The notes: generated from the letters alone by a model not told the origin. A stretch of DNA of 64,000 nucleotides from an uncultured Flavobacteriales bacterium (GCA_963925515.1 CAWURU010000001.1:10246-74245); one strand, 5' to 3'; shown: positions 1 through 9,937, numbered from the stretch's first letter. Translations and numbers: made by a program.

Positions 1-2
1 AT

Positions 3-194
3 GTTCCAGTAGGACCTTTTACCAATGGTGTTAGAATCGATCTAATATTAGGCGCAGAATTTGGGAAAACTAGAAATTTAGCAGGTTCAGATCATCCCCT
101 GTATTATGAAACTTCATGGAAATTGGGGTATAACTTATCAAACAAACTACCTCATGTGCTCTGGGGAATCCGGTTTAACTACAAAGTTAATTAA
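3..194 (+). CDS. 3' end of an unidentified gene truncated by the window edge (63 codons, ends ...GIRFNYKVN)
   Basis: Frame 3 is the only frame open from the window edge to TAA at 192-194. A strong hairpin terminator follows directly. The fragment has no recognisable motif. Confidence 0.4.
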   Translation, partial: VPVGPFTNGVRIDLILGAEFGKTRNLAGSDHPLYYETSWKLGYNLSNKLPHVLWGIRFNYKVN

Positions 195-226
195 AACAAA
201 AAAGGCGCCCATTGGGCGCCTTTTTT
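195..226. terminator. Bidirectional rho-independent terminator between convergent genes
   Basis: Stem GGCGCCC (204-210), loop ATT, stem GGGCGCC (214-220), flanked by an A-run (195-203) and a T-run (221-226). Confidence 0.85.
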
Positions 227-245
227 GTTTGATACCTTAGTTCTA

Positions 246-1871
246 CTATCCTAAGAAAGGGTAGTGGAAATCTGTCGCGGGGACCAAACATTCTTTGATA
301 GTACGGGCATTTACCCAACGCAATAAGTTCATGTAAGATCCTGCCTTGTCATTCGTTCCAGAACCACGGCTTCCACCAAATGGCTGTTGACCAACCACAG
401 CACCCGTAGGCTTGTCGTTGATATAGAAGTTACCAGCTGCATTTTGTAATGCCTTAGTGGCTTCAATAGCAGCGTAACGATCAGCAGAGAAGATGGCTCC
501 TGTTAACGCGTAGTCAGAAGTTTCATCGACGAGTTTCAAAGTTTCTGTCCATTGGTCGTCTTCGTAAACAAAGATGGTTAAAACAGGTCCGAAAATCTCC
601 TCAACCATAGTACGGAACTTTGGATTTGAAGTAACGACTACGGTTGGTTCGATAAAGTAACCAGTAGTTTTATCGTAGTTTCCACCTGTGATTATTTCTG
701 CTTCATTTGACCCTTTGATAAAGTCTATGTAGCCTGCAATTTTATCAAACGACTTCTCGTCTATAACTGCATTAATGAAGTTGCCCATGTCCTCAGGCGA
801 TCCCATTTTAAATTCCGACAGATCCGAAATTAATCCTGCTTTTACAGCTGGCCACATACTTTGAGGTACGTAAGCCCTTGATGCAGCAGAACATTTCTGT
901 CCTTGGAATTCAAAAGCTCCTCTTGACAGCGCAGTGACTACTTGACCTGCAGGCGTTGATGGGTGAGCAATCACAAAATCTTTACCACCAGTTTCACCTA
1001 CGATACGAGGGTAAGCTCTGTATTTATGAATGTTCGTTCCAATCGTTTTCCAAAGATGCTGAAATACTCCCGTAGAACCAGTGAAGTGAAGTCCGGCGAA
1101 GTCTCTGTGATTAAAAATATAATCACCAGCAACAGGTCCATCCACATAAATGAGGTTGATTACACCTGCGGGTAATCCAGCTTCTCTGAATATTTCCATG
1201 ACCACATTAGCAGAAAAAATCTGTGTATCTGCAGGCTTCCAAACTACTGTATTTCCCATCAATGCAGGAGCAGCTGGTAAATTACCAGCAATAGCTGTAA
1301 AATTGAATGGCGTTACGGCAAAGACAAAACCTTCTAATGGACGATATTCTAGTCGGTTCCAAATACCAGGTGAACTCTCAGGTTGGTCGCTATAAATTTG
1401 AGTCAAATATTCTACGTTGTAACGCAAGAAATCCGCGAATTCACAAACGGCATCAATTTCCGCCTGGTAACAGTTCTTGCCTTGAGCGAGCATTGTTGCC
1501 GCATTTATTTTATAACGATACTTGGTACTAATTAACTCAGCCGCTTTTAAGAAAATAGCTGCTCTGTGCTCCCACGGCATATCACCCCAAGCCTCACGTG
1601 CACCTAAAGCAGCATCTACGGCAGCCTTTACATGGGTGTGATCACCAATGTGATAATGACCCAATATATGCTGGTGGTCATGCGGAGGACGTAAAGCAGC
1701 CGTTTTACCTGTACGGACCTCTTCAGCACCAATATACATGGGCACATCTACTGTACTGTAATATTGATCTTTATAAGAAGCAAGCAGGGCTTCTCTTTCA
1801 GGGCTTCCTGGCGCGTAGTCATAAATGGGCTCATTTTGAGCGACGGGTACATTGAAAATTCCGTTTGACAT
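246..1871 (-). CDS. pruA: 1-pyrroline-5-carboxylate dehydrogenase (aldehyde dehydrogenase family)
   Basis: 541 aa. Catalytic Cys context FEFQGQKCSAASR and VGETGGKDF motif. ATG at 1871 (MSNGIFNVPV...) is preferred over the track start at 2006 because a -7 box lies at 1901-1908 inside that extension. Confidence 0.9.
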   Translation of the reverse strand: MSNGIFNVPVAQNEPIYDYAPGSPEREALLASYKDQYYSTVDVPMYIGAEEVRTGKTAALRPPHDHQHILGHYHIGDHTHVKAAVDAALGAREAWGDMPWEHRAAIFLKAAELISTKYRYKINAATMLAQGKNCYQAEIDAVCEFADFLRYNVEYLTQIYSDQPESSPGIWNRLEYRPLEGFVFAVTPFNFTAIAGNLPAAPALMGNTVVWKPADTQIFSANVVMEIFREAGLPAGVINLIYVDGPVAGDYIFNHRDFAGLHFTGSTGVFQHLWKTIGTNIHKYRAYPRIVGETGGKDFVIAHPSTPAGQVVTALSRGAFEFQGQKCSAASRAYVPQSMWPAVKAGLISDLSEFKMGSPEDMGNFINAVIDEKSFDKIAGYIDFIKGSNEAEIITGGNYDKTTGYFIEPTVVVTSNPKFRTMVEEIFGPVLTIFVYEDDQWTETLKLVDETSDYALTGAIFSADRYAAIEATKALQNAAGNFYINDKPTGAVVGQQPFGGSRGSGTNDKAGSYMNLLRWVNARTIKECLVPATDFHYPFLG

Positions 1872-1900
1872 GTTGTGAGATTTTGGTTCTGTATAATTCA

Positions 1901-1908
1901 CAAAGTTA
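1901..1908 (-). promoter_or_regulatory. Candidate Bacteroidota sigma-A -7 box (TAACTTTG) for pruA
   Basis: Exact TAnnTTTG on the minus strand, 30 nt upstream of the pruA ATG. Confidence 0.4.
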
Positions 1909-2034
1909 AGCAGTACAGATTGGAATGTAGGAAACTGGAGATAGTATTGCCCGGTGAAGTTAAAAATGTTGATTTTCCGTGTATAATAATGTAAACTTTC
2001 TAGCAAGATTTATACTTATGCTAGCAGAAGCTAT

Positions 2035-2042
2035 TAGTTTTG
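2035..2042 (+). promoter_or_regulatory. Candidate -7 box (TAGTTTTG) for serC-serA
   Basis: Exact TAnnTTTG, 22 nt upstream of the serC ATG. Confidence 0.4.
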
Positions 2043-2064
2043 TGTTTCATTTTAACGACGACAA

Positions 2065-3132
2065 ATGAAAATCCATAATTTCTCTGCGGGTCCATGTGTT
2101 CTTCCGACCCAAGTCTTTCAAGAAGCATCTGAAGCTCTACTTAATTTTGATAATCTAGGATTGTCTATTGTTGAAATATCGCACCGGAGCAAGAATTTTG
2201 TAGCGGTAATGGACGAGGCTGTATCATTGGTCAAAGAACTTCTACACGTACCAAGCTCCCATGAGGTGATTTTTATTCAAGGTGGAGCATCATTGCAATT
2301 TGCAATGACAGCATTTAACTTCTTAACAGAGAATGGAAAAGCACAATACTTAGATACAGGAGTATGGGCATCCAAAGCTTTTGACGAGGCAGCTGGATTG
2401 GGTAACGCAGAAATTATAGCGTCATCTAAAGACAGAAACTACAGTTATATACCAAAAGGCTATGCCATCGACCCTAATTCGGATTATTTCCACTGTACTT
2501 CAAATAATACCATTTACGGAGCGCAGTTAAAAGAGTTTCCTTCAACAGAGGTTCCGGTTATCTGTGATATGAGTTCGGATATATTTTCACGACCCGTTGA
2601 CATAGCTAAGTTTGATCTTATTTATGCCGGTGCACAGAAGAATCTTGGCCCAGCAGGAGTAACGTTAGTAATAGTAAAGAAAAGCGCTTTGGGTAAATCC
2701 GGTAGGTATATCCCCTCAATGTTAGACTACAATACGCACATTTCGAAAGAGAGTATGTTTAACACACCACCGGTGTTTTCTATATACGTAAGTATGTTAA
2801 CCTTGCGTTGGTTAAAAGAAAATGGAGGAGTAGAAGCCATTTATCATAAAAATGAGGCGAAAGCAGCTCTACTGTATCGAGAGATCGATAGAAACCCTCT
2901 TTTTGAAGGTACTGTGGCCATGGAAGACCGATCTTCAATGAATGCTTGTTTTTTATTAAAAGATGAAGCATCTCACAAGGAAGTATTCAACCAATTGATT
3001 GCAGAAGCTAGAATTAACGGATTAGCTGGTCACCGTTCTGTAGGTGGATATAGAGCATCTATGTACAATGCTCTTGGACAAGAAAGTGTCCAAGTTTTAG
3101 TGGATTGTATGCAAGAATTAGAAAAAAAATAA
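2065..3132 (+). CDS. serC: Phosphoserine aminotransferase
   Basis: 355 aa. N-terminal NFSAGPCVLP and PLP-lysine context GAQKNLGPAGVTLV. Confidence 0.92.
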   Translation: MKIHNFSAGPCVLPTQVFQEASEALLNFDNLGLSIVEISHRSKNFVAVMDEAVSLVKELLHVPSSHEVIFIQGGASLQFAMTAFNFLTENGKAQYLDTGVWASKAFDEAAGLGNAEIIASSKDRNYSYIPKGYAIDPNSDYFHCTSNNTIYGAQLKEFPSTEVPVICDMSSDIFSRPVDIAKFDLIYAGAQKNLGPAGVTLVIVKKSALGKSGRYIPSMLDYNTHISKESMFNTPPVFSIYVSMLTLRWLKENGGVEAIYHKNEAKAALLYREIDRNPLFEGTVAMEDRSSMNACFLLKDEASHKEVFNQLIAEARINGLAGHRSVGGYRASMYNALGQESVQVLVDCMQELEKK

Positions 3133-3134
3133 AC

Positions 3135-4076
3135 ATGAAAGTCTTAGCAAACGATGGAATATCTCCCTCTGGAATAGCAGCAATAGCCGCAGGAGGACAT
3201 GAACTAATTACAACTAAAGTAGCGCAAGAGCAACTGATAAATTACATCAACGAACATAACGTTGAAGTGGTTTTAGTTCGTTCGGCTACTACAGTAAGAA
3301 AAGACTTGATTGACGCTTGTCCTTCATTAAAAGGAATAGGAAGAGGTGGTGTTGGTATGGATAACATTGATGTTGACTACGCTCGTGAAAAAGGACTGAT
3401 AGTATTTAACACGCCTGCGGCTTCATCTGATTCTGTAGCGGAATTAGTAATGGGACACATGAGAGGTCTCGTTCGCTTCCTGCACGATTCTAATCGTGAG
3501 ATGCCACTTGATGGAGACACTAAATTTAGTATCTTGAAAAAGGCCTACGCGAAAGGCTTGGAATTACGTGGACGTACATTGGGAATTGTTGGTTTTGGAA
3601 GAATAGGTCAAGCACTAGCGAAACTTGCTGTTGGAGCCGGAATGAATGTTATATTTTCGGACATCCATGATAAAGACATGGATATTGAATTGTCTTTGTT
3701 TGATGGTCAAAAGGTAAAGTTTACCTGTAAAAATGTAGGCTTTAATAAGGTCTTGAAACAATCAGATTTTATTTCAGTACACGTGCCAGGTGGTGACCTC
3801 ATTGGTAGTAATGAGATTGCTAAAATGAAGGATGGTGTGTTTTTATTGAATGCTGCCCGGGGTGGTGTGATTAACGAGCAGGCACTATTGGATGCATTGG
3901 AATCCAATAAGGTGGCTGGAGCTGCATTGGATGTTTTTACGAAGGAGCCCACACCAGCAATCAAACTGTTAATGAATGGAAAAATCAGCCTCACACCTCA
4001 TATAGGTGCAGCGACTTTAGAGGCTCAAGATAGAATTGGAACCGAGTTGGCAGCGCATATTGATGCACTTGCTTAA
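3135..4076 (+). CDS. serA: D-3-phosphoglycerate dehydrogenase (short form)
   Basis: 313 aa. NAD site GIVGFGRIGQALAK and LTPHIGAAT. ATG at 3135 is 2 nt after the serC stop; the track start at 3105 would overlap serC. Confidence 0.88.
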   Translation: MKVLANDGISPSGIAAIAAGGHELITTKVAQEQLINYINEHNVEVVLVRSATTVRKDLIDACPSLKGIGRGGVGMDNIDVDYAREKGLIVFNTPAASSDSVAELVMGHMRGLVRFLHDSNREMPLDGDTKFSILKKAYAKGLELRGRTLGIVGFGRIGQALAKLAVGAGMNVIFSDIHDKDMDIELSLFDGQKVKFTCKNVGFNKVLKQSDFISVHVPGGDLIGSNEIAKMKDGVFLLNAARGGVINEQALLDALESNKVAGAALDVFTKEPTPAIKLLMNGKISLTPHIGAATLEAQDRIGTELAAHIDALA

Positions 4077-4098
4077 CAAATAACCACAGTAAATTAAA

Positions 4099-4127
4099 GG
4101 CCCGCGTAATTGCGGGCCTTTTTTTTT
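4099..4127 (+). terminator. Rho-independent terminator after serA
   Basis: Stem GGCCCGC (4099-4105), loop GTAATT, stem GCGGGCC (4112-4118), then T9. Confidence 0.85.
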
Positions 4128-4179
4128 ATAAATCAAGCACCACGGAGTAACTTCGGGGAACCTTAATGCACAGAACTCG

Positions 4180-5343
4180 ATGTTATCACCATTTAAAGCA
4201 GTTCGTCCGACCCGCGACAAAGCGTATCTCGTTGCGACGAGATCTTATCTGAATTACTTCCCTGAAGAACTCAAGGATAAGCTAGACAACAATCCGTTTA
4301 CCTTTCTTCACGTGATTAACCCAGATGTGTACGCGAGTGAGCCTGCTGAAAATAGGTTTGAAGCGGTTAGAAAGAGATTTGACGCATTTACGGAAGAAGG
4401 GGTATTTATCAAGGAGACTGAGCCTGTATACTTTCTATACCAACAAATAACCCCATCCTCCACGTTTGAGGGTGTGATAGGGTTGTTAGACACCAGTCAT
4501 ATTGATGCAGGTAAAGTAGTTGTTCATGAAAATACGATTCAGCAGCGGGAGGAGCTCTTTGCAAATTACCTGGAATGCACAGGTTTTCAAGCGGAGCCGA
4601 TATTAGTTTTCGGAGAAGCTTCTGAAAGACGTAGCGAGATTTTCGCTGAGATAAAAATGGAGCGACCAGAATATGAATTCAGCTCAACTGATAGATATGA
4701 ACACCGCGTTTGGGTAATTCCTTCTTGGGCCGCAGCAGAGCTCGAACGGGAGTTCAAAGAATTGGAGGATGTATATATAGCTGATGGACACCATAGGTTG
4801 GCGTCTACTAAAAAAGTATCAGAGCGGCTGCCAAGTAACATTGACGCCCAGGGAGTACTCTGTATGTTAATGGGCGAAGATCAGGTTAAAATAGACTCTT
4901 TTGAACGTTGGTTCAGGTTAGAGAATGCACATTTTGATTTGAATTGTTTGGAAGAAGACTTTGATATTACGCCATTGTCTAATTGGAATTTGGCTCCGCA
5001 ATATCATATTGAAATGTATGCAGAGGGAAGTTGGTATGGATTGACCTATCGTTCTAGTGAAGTGCCGGAATTAAAGCCCCAATTGCTATTGGACAAAATA
5101 TTAAAGCCGCATTTATCGGTACTTGATCCAAGGAATGACCAGCGCCTTGAATATATCAGGCAGGGTGAAACAGATGAGAGTCAATTGATGACTGAAAAGG
5201 GATTTCATTTGGGTTTTAGACTTCCTCCCATAAGTGTAGAGCTATTGAAAAAAATTGGTAAAAATGGAGGGATAATGCCTCCAAAAAGTACGTATATAGA
5301 ACCTAAACTTAGGAGCGGATTACTCCTACATGTTTTCAAATGA
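4180..5343 (+). CDS. DUF1015 family protein (function unknown)
   Basis: 387 aa. N-terminal LSPFKAVRP and central IADGHHR motifs, which I recognise as the DUF1015 signature. Confidence 0.75.
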   Translation: MLSPFKAVRPTRDKAYLVATRSYLNYFPEELKDKLDNNPFTFLHVINPDVYASEPAENRFEAVRKRFDAFTEEGVFIKETEPVYFLYQQITPSSTFEGVIGLLDTSHIDAGKVVVHENTIQQREELFANYLECTGFQAEPILVFGEASERRSEIFAEIKMERPEYEFSSTDRYEHRVWVIPSWAAAELEREFKELEDVYIADGHHRLASTKKVSERLPSNIDAQGVLCMLMGEDQVKIDSFERWFRLENAHFDLNCLEEDFDITPLSNWNLAPQYHIEMYAEGSWYGLTYRSSEVPELKPQLLLDKILKPHLSVLDPRNDQRLEYIRQGETDESQLMTEKGFHLGFRLPPISVELLKKIGKNGGIMPPKSTYIEPKLRSGLLLHVFK

Positions 5344-5993
5344 GCATTACAGACGCAATAAATCAGTACAAGGACATTCTCGGATCAACCGTGAAACTTG
5401 TCGCAGTGAGTAAAACCAAGCCCGAATCTGCCATCACGGAGGCATATCAGGCTGGACAACGAGACTTTGGTGAAAATAAAATCCAGGAGATGACGGCAAA
5501 GGCGGAGTCCTTGCCTCGTGATATACGCTGGCATATGATTGGCAATATTCAGACCAATAAAATCAAGTATATGGCATCTTATGTCCATCTAGTTCACGGT
5601 GTTGATCGGGAAAAAGTACTGAAAGAGTTAAACAAACAAGGCCAAATTAATGGACGAGTTATTTCCTGTTTACTGCAGGTACATATTGCTGAAGAAAATA
5701 CCAAATTCGGTTTTGATTATTCTGAGTGCATAGAATTAATAGGTCGCCTAGACGAGTATAAGAATGTCAAAGTAACAGGCCTTATGGGGATGGCAACTAA
5801 TACAAACGATCAAGAACAGATCAACAAGGAGTTTATGGGATTGAAGGATTTTTTTGATTCCTATGCTGTTGCTCATCAATGGGATACCTTGAGTATGGGC
5901 ATGAGTGGAGACTATGAGATAGCTATTGCCGCCGGTAGCACACATGTACGGATTGGTTCAGCTATCTTTGGCGCTAGAAATTATACCAGTTGA
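5340..5993 (+). CDS. yggS: YggS-family pyridoxal-phosphate homeostasis protein
   Basis: 217 aa. PLP-lysine motif LVAVSKTKP and WHMIGNIQTNK. ATGA overlap with the DUF1015 stop. Confidence 0.88.
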   Translation: MSITDAINQYKDILGSTVKLVAVSKTKPESAITEAYQAGQRDFGENKIQEMTAKAESLPRDIRWHMIGNIQTNKIKYMASYVHLVHGVDREKVLKELNKQGQINGRVISCLLQVHIAEENTKFGFDYSECIELIGRLDEYKNVKVTGLMGMATNTNDQEQINKEFMGLKDFFDSYAVAHQWDTLSMGMSGDYEIAIAAGSTHVRIGSAIFGARNYTS

Positions 5994-7321
5994 AATTCGC
6001 AGTAATAGATATAGAATGTACCGGCGGCACTTGGGGACAAGAGCGCATTATCGATGTAGCCGTATTTGTGCTAGAGGACGGGGAGGTCATTGACCAATTT
6101 GTTTCTTTAGTAAACCCAGAAGCATCAATAGACCCTTACGTATCCAAGCTTACTGGCATTACTAATAAAATGGTTCGGACAGCGCCTAAATTCTTTGAAA
6201 TAGCCAAGCGCTTGGTTAAGATTACAGAAGATTGCACGTTTGTCGCCCACAATATAAGTTTCGACTACCGCGTATTCCAGCAGGAATTTGCGACTCTAGG
6301 TTTTGACTACCACCGCGCTACGTTAGATACAATTCCCTACTGTGAAAAGATCTTCCCTGATTGGTCCAATTATGGATTAAAAACGGTCAGTAAAGAATTG
6401 GGAATGATTAATGCTGCTCGGCATCGTGCGGAGGGTGACGCGCGCTTAACTGTTGACTTACTTAAAATTTTATTAGAAAAAGACCGCGCCTCTTATTTAG
6501 ACCAAGTGTTTGTCTCTAAAACAGCCAGTGTCAAGCGAAATCCATTTAAAGAGCAGGTTAAAAATTTACAGAACAGGGTCGGTATATATTACATCTATAA
6601 TGACCAAGGTGAGATCATTTACATTGGAAGTAGTAAGGACTTACAGAATAGTGTGAACAGACATTTTGTTGCAGACAACAAGGTTGCTCTTGCACTTCAG
6701 AATGAGGCAAAAAAACTTGAAATAGAAGATATTGGAAATGCGGCAATCGCTGAAATCCTGTATGTTCTTACCGTTGAACAACATCGTCCTATTTATAATT
6801 CTGCGAAGAAAAAGCGATTGCTAGAGTTTGGCGTTTTTATAGAGCCTCTGAAAAACGCAATGGTGGATTTGGTCAGAATATATCCAGTTCGCCACAAGGA
6901 GCCTCAGTTTTATTTTGCTGCTCCGAAATATGCTTATAATTGGCTTCAAAAAGTCATGATGAATGAGCATCTGAATCCAGATACATTCCTTTTAGATAAA
7001 GATAGAGCACACTACCATAGGCATGTCCAGAGCTTGCAATGGGAGTTTGTAAATACAGAAGTATCTTCTGCTGTCTTAAGGGGATATGTATTGCCGCAAG
7101 AGGCTCTTTTAATGGGGCCTGGTAGAAAAGATCAAGAGAAATGTGTCCTTATTATAGAGGGTGGAAGACTGTTAGGATATACTTATTTCTATTTAGCATC
7201 TGACGGATTAGACAGGCCATTTCTTAAAAAGAGAATGGTTCACTTGGACCATAATAACTACAACGCTAGTGTGGTACATCATTATTTACAGTCAGGGTAT
7301 TTGAATAGTATAGAGTTGTAG
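5990..7321 (+). CDS. DnaQ-like 3'-5' exonuclease fused to a GIY-YIG nuclease domain, plus about 150 aa of unassigned C-terminus
   Basis: ExoI VIDIECTGG, ExoII AHNISFDYRVF, ExoIII HRAEGDA. GIY-YIG block GIYYIYNDQGEIIYIGSSKDLQNSVNRHF. TTG start overlapping the yggS TGA (TTGA). Confidence 0.8.
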   Translation: MKFAVIDIECTGGTWGQERIIDVAVFVLEDGEVIDQFVSLVNPEASIDPYVSKLTGITNKMVRTAPKFFEIAKRLVKITEDCTFVAHNISFDYRVFQQEFATLGFDYHRATLDTIPYCEKIFPDWSNYGLKTVSKELGMINAARHRAEGDARLTVDLLKILLEKDRASYLDQVFVSKTASVKRNPFKEQVKNLQNRVGIYYIYNDQGEIIYIGSSKDLQNSVNRHFVADNKVALALQNEAKKLEIEDIGNAAIAEILYVLTVEQHRPIYNSAKKKRLLEFGVFIEPLKNAMVDLVRIYPVRHKEPQFYFAAPKYAYNWLQKVMMNEHLNPDTFLLDKDRAHYHRHVQSLQWEFVNTEVSSAVLRGYVLPQEALLMGPGRKDQEKCVLIIEGGRLLGYTYFYLASDGLDRPFLKKRMVHLDHNNYNASVVHHYLQSGYLNSIEL

Positions 7322-7322
7322 A

Positions 7323-7976
7323 TTATTTAAAGAAATATGCTGCACTAACCACGACTTGGCTACTTCTGGAATCTAAAGAGAAGTTATAATCTGTGTCGTT
7401 GTAGTTGTAATTCACATTTCTAGCCAACATACCAAACCCACTTTCATATTTTATTTCAGCCAGAATCCGCCATATTTTGAGGCCAGCGTGAATGTGCCAC
7501 CCCCAAGTAAACTGAGCTTCTACGTCGTTTGACCATATGTCACTGGCGTTGGCTAAAGGCAACGAAGGCGTAGCACCTAGACCAGCAAACAGAGGTCCTA
7601 TTTTAGCACCAGCGCTCAGGGGGAAATCTAAACGCTGTACCATAGTACTTAAGTCTAAGTCATTGCCGTTATCTGTAATGGATATACCCTGTTTAAACTG
7701 TGTATACAAAGCTTCCGCATGGATATAAACAGGTACCAACGGTAAAGAAACGCGCGTGATTAGCCCTGCGTTAAAGCCGTTGGTTATGTCAGTTTGAATA
7801 TTAGAAATGTCATACGTTTGATCAGCATAAATATTCAAGACATCTTGGGTACTCAGGGAGGCCTGCGGATAATTAACACCTGCTTTAGCACCAAATTTAA
7901 TCACCTTAAATTGCGCAGTCATTAAGGTTGAGCAGAAACACAATAGTATAATCAGGAATTGTTTTAGAGTCGTCAT
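7323..7976 (-). CDS. Small outer-membrane beta-barrel protein (porin-like, family not assigned)
   Basis: Signal peptide MTTLKQFLIILLCFCSTLMTAQ, alternating hydrophobic beta-strand pattern, aromatic C-terminus AAYFFK. Confidence 0.6.
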   Translation of the reverse strand: MTTLKQFLIILLCFCSTLMTAQFKVIKFGAKAGVNYPQASLSTQDVLNIYADQTYDISNIQTDITNGFNAGLITRVSLPLVPVYIHAEALYTQFKQGISITDNGNDLDLSTMVQRLDFPLSAGAKIGPLFAGLGATPSLPLANASDIWSNDVEAQFTWGWHIHAGLKIWRILAEIKYESGFGMLARNVNYNYNDTDYNFSLDSRSSQVVVSAAYFFK

Positions 7977-8002
7977 GGAGGCTTCTTTTAGTTTGCTCTA
8001 GG

Positions 8003-8947
8003 TTATTTATGAGTCAAAAAGGATTCTACATGGTTAAATATTCTATCCGATGCTCCTTGCTCAGGTGCTGGCTGAAAGTCTTTGCCTGTGATGGACTTGA
8101 ATAATTCCTGATATCGTTTGCTTACCATCTCAACAAAGTTATCTGTCATTTCTGGAACCGCTTGTCCTTGTTTCCCCTGAAATCCCTGTTCCATAAGCCA
8201 TTCACGTACAAACTCTTTACTCAATTGACGTTGGGTTTCTCCTTTGTCTTGTCGGTCTTGATAACCATCAAGGTAAAAATATCGAGAACTGTCGGGCGTG
8301 TGTATTTCATCTATTAGTACAATTGTACCATTGGATAACTTACCAAACTCGTATTTGGTATCTACTAGTATTAAGCCTCGCTCATTAGCCATTTGCTGCC
8401 CACGTGCGAATAAGGCTTGCGTATGGCGCTCTAGTTCAATATAGTCTGATTCCGATACAATTCCTCTGGCAATAATGTCTTCTCTTGAGATGTCCTCGTC
8501 ATGTTCGCCATGTGCCGCTTTCGTGGCGGGTGTTATTACCGGAACATTGAAAGCGTCATTTTCTTTCATTCCTTCAGGAAGTGTTACACCACAAAGTTCT
8601 CTTAAGCCACTTTTGTACGTCCTGGCAGCATGGCCAGCTAAATAGCCACGTATGACCATCTCTACTTGAAAAGGTTCTGCACGATGTCCCACGGTCACTT
8701 GAGGATCAGGCGAAGCCAATCTCCAATTAGGTACAATATCTGAGGTCGCGATTAAAAAGTGCTCGGCTATTTGATTCAATACTTGTCCTTTTCCGGGAAT
8801 AGGCCTTGGAAGAACAACATCGAATGCTGATATTCTGTCAGAAGCAACCATCACCAGTTGGTCTTGTGCTATGGTGTAAACGTCGCGAACTTTCCCACGG
8901 TAAAAATTAGTCTGACCAGTAAAACTGTATTCCGGCTGCTGGTTCAT
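8003..8947 (-). CDS. purC: Phosphoribosylaminoimidazole-succinocarboxamide (SAICAR) synthase
   Basis: 314 aa. GKVRDVY and [11 protein letters not shown] motifs. Confidence 0.9.
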   Translation of the reverse strand: MNQQPEYSFTGQTNFYRGKVRDVYTIAQDQLVMVASDRISAFDVVLPRPIPGKGQVLNQIAEHFLIATSDIVPNWRLASPDPQVTVGHRAEPFQVEMVIRGYLAGHAARTYKSGLRELCGVTLPEGMKENDAFNVPVITPATKAAHGEHDEDISREDIIARGIVSESDYIELERHTQALFARGQQMANERGLILVDTKYEFGKLSNGTIVLIDEIHTPDSSRYFYLDGYQDRQDKGETQRQLSKEFVREWLMEQGFQGKQGQAVPEMTDNFVEMVSKRYQELFKSITGKDFQPAPEQGASDRIFNHVESFLTHK

Positions 8948-8950
8948 GAT

Positions 8951-9895
8951 TTAATCGTTTTGCTCGTAAGCGTTAATGATTTTCTTAACTAATGGATGCC
9001 TTAGAACATCTCTTCCATCAAGTTCTACAATTCCTATGCCTTTGATGTCTTTTAGCTTATCTAGCACTTCCTTCAATCCGCTTTTTTGATGTTTAGGTAA
9101 ATCTATTTGAGTAGGATCTCCGGTAATAATAAAACGCGAATTCTCTCCCATTCGGGTTAAAAACATCTTCATTTGTGAGGTCGTCGTATTTTGACTTTCA
9201 TCCAAAATAACATAAGCATCGTCCAATGTCCGTCCTCTCATAAAAGCCAGTGGTGCAATTTCAATGGTTTTGTTTTCCAAATAAAAGTCAAGCTTCTCTT
9301 TTGGAATCATATCTCTCAAAGCGTCGTACAAAGGCTGCAAGTAGGGGTCTAACTTTTCTTTGAGGTCGCCAGGTAAAAATCCGAGATTTTCTCCAGCTTC
9401 TACTGCTGGACGTGTCATTACAATTCTACGTACTTCTCTGTTCTTTAATGCGTTTACAGCTAGTGCTACTGCGGTATATGTTTTGCCTGTTCCAGCAGGA
9501 CCCACGGCAAATACAAGGTCATTCTCTGATGAAACTTCAACTAATTTTTGTTGATTGACTGTTTTAGCCTTTATGATACGTCCAGCATGCCCGTGAAGAA
9601 TCACTTCATCTTTGAGCATCGTGTTTCTAGACCTTAAGGTTTCTCGGGATTCAATAATTTCATCTAAGACTCTTTGATCAAGAGTTTTGTGAGAACGAAC
9701 GTATGCGACAATGGCCTCGAGCTTGTCTTCAAACTCTTCGATCACGTATTCAGGACCTTCGACCTTTATTTCGTGGCCTCGAGCAACTATTTTTAACTCA
9801 GAGAAGTACGCGCCTATTTGTTTCAAATAGGTGTTATTAGGGCCATAAAGTTGAGCTGGATCGGCTCCGGTCAGTTTAAAAACTCGATGTGTCAA
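8951..9895 (-). CDS. phoH: PhoH-like ATPase
   Basis: Walker A GPAGTGKTY and Walker B-like ILDESQN. TTG start, since there is no in-frame ATG near the N-terminus. Confidence 0.88.
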   Translation of the reverse strand: MTHRVFKLTGADPAQLYGPNNTYLKQIGAYFSELKIVARGHEIKVEGPEYVIEEFEDKLEAIVAYVRSHKTLDQRVLDEIIESRETLRSRNTMLKDEVILHGHAGRIIKAKTVNQQKLVEVSSENDLVFAVGPAGTGKTYTAVALAVNALKNREVRRIVMTRPAVEAGENLGFLPGDLKEKLDPYLQPLYDALRDMIPKEKLDFYLENKTIEIAPLAFMRGRTLDDAYVILDESQNTTTSQMKMFLTRMGENSRFIITGDPTQIDLPKHQKSGLKEVLDKLKDIKGIGIVELDGRDVLRHPLVKKIINAYEQND

Positions 9896-9937
9896 TTACT
9901 GCTTAGTTGAGTACTATAATTCAAGGCGGAATTGCCT

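Noticed and set aside
246-2006. Long N-terminal extensions proposed by the ORF track for pruA, serA, the 15763 gene, pnp, rpsO, DUF192, the VPS10-like gene, the barrel gene, the amidohydrolase, purL, recG, the sugar transferase, the S1/P1 nuclease, DUF5103, nqrD and apbE.
   Set aside because: The extensions overlap the upstream gene, run through terminator hairpins (apbE), contain the candidate -7 box (pruA, rpsO, purL), or precede an internal Met that yields a canonical signal peptide or family N-terminus. Several begin at TTG codons. Shorter starts were adopted.
2000-2024. Inverted repeat CTAGCA-N13-TGCTAG around the expected -33 region of the serC promoter.
   Set aside because: The half-sites are only 6 bp and lie in AT-rich DNA, so they are easily produced by chance. 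There is no second copy elsewhere in the window to support a regulon motif.
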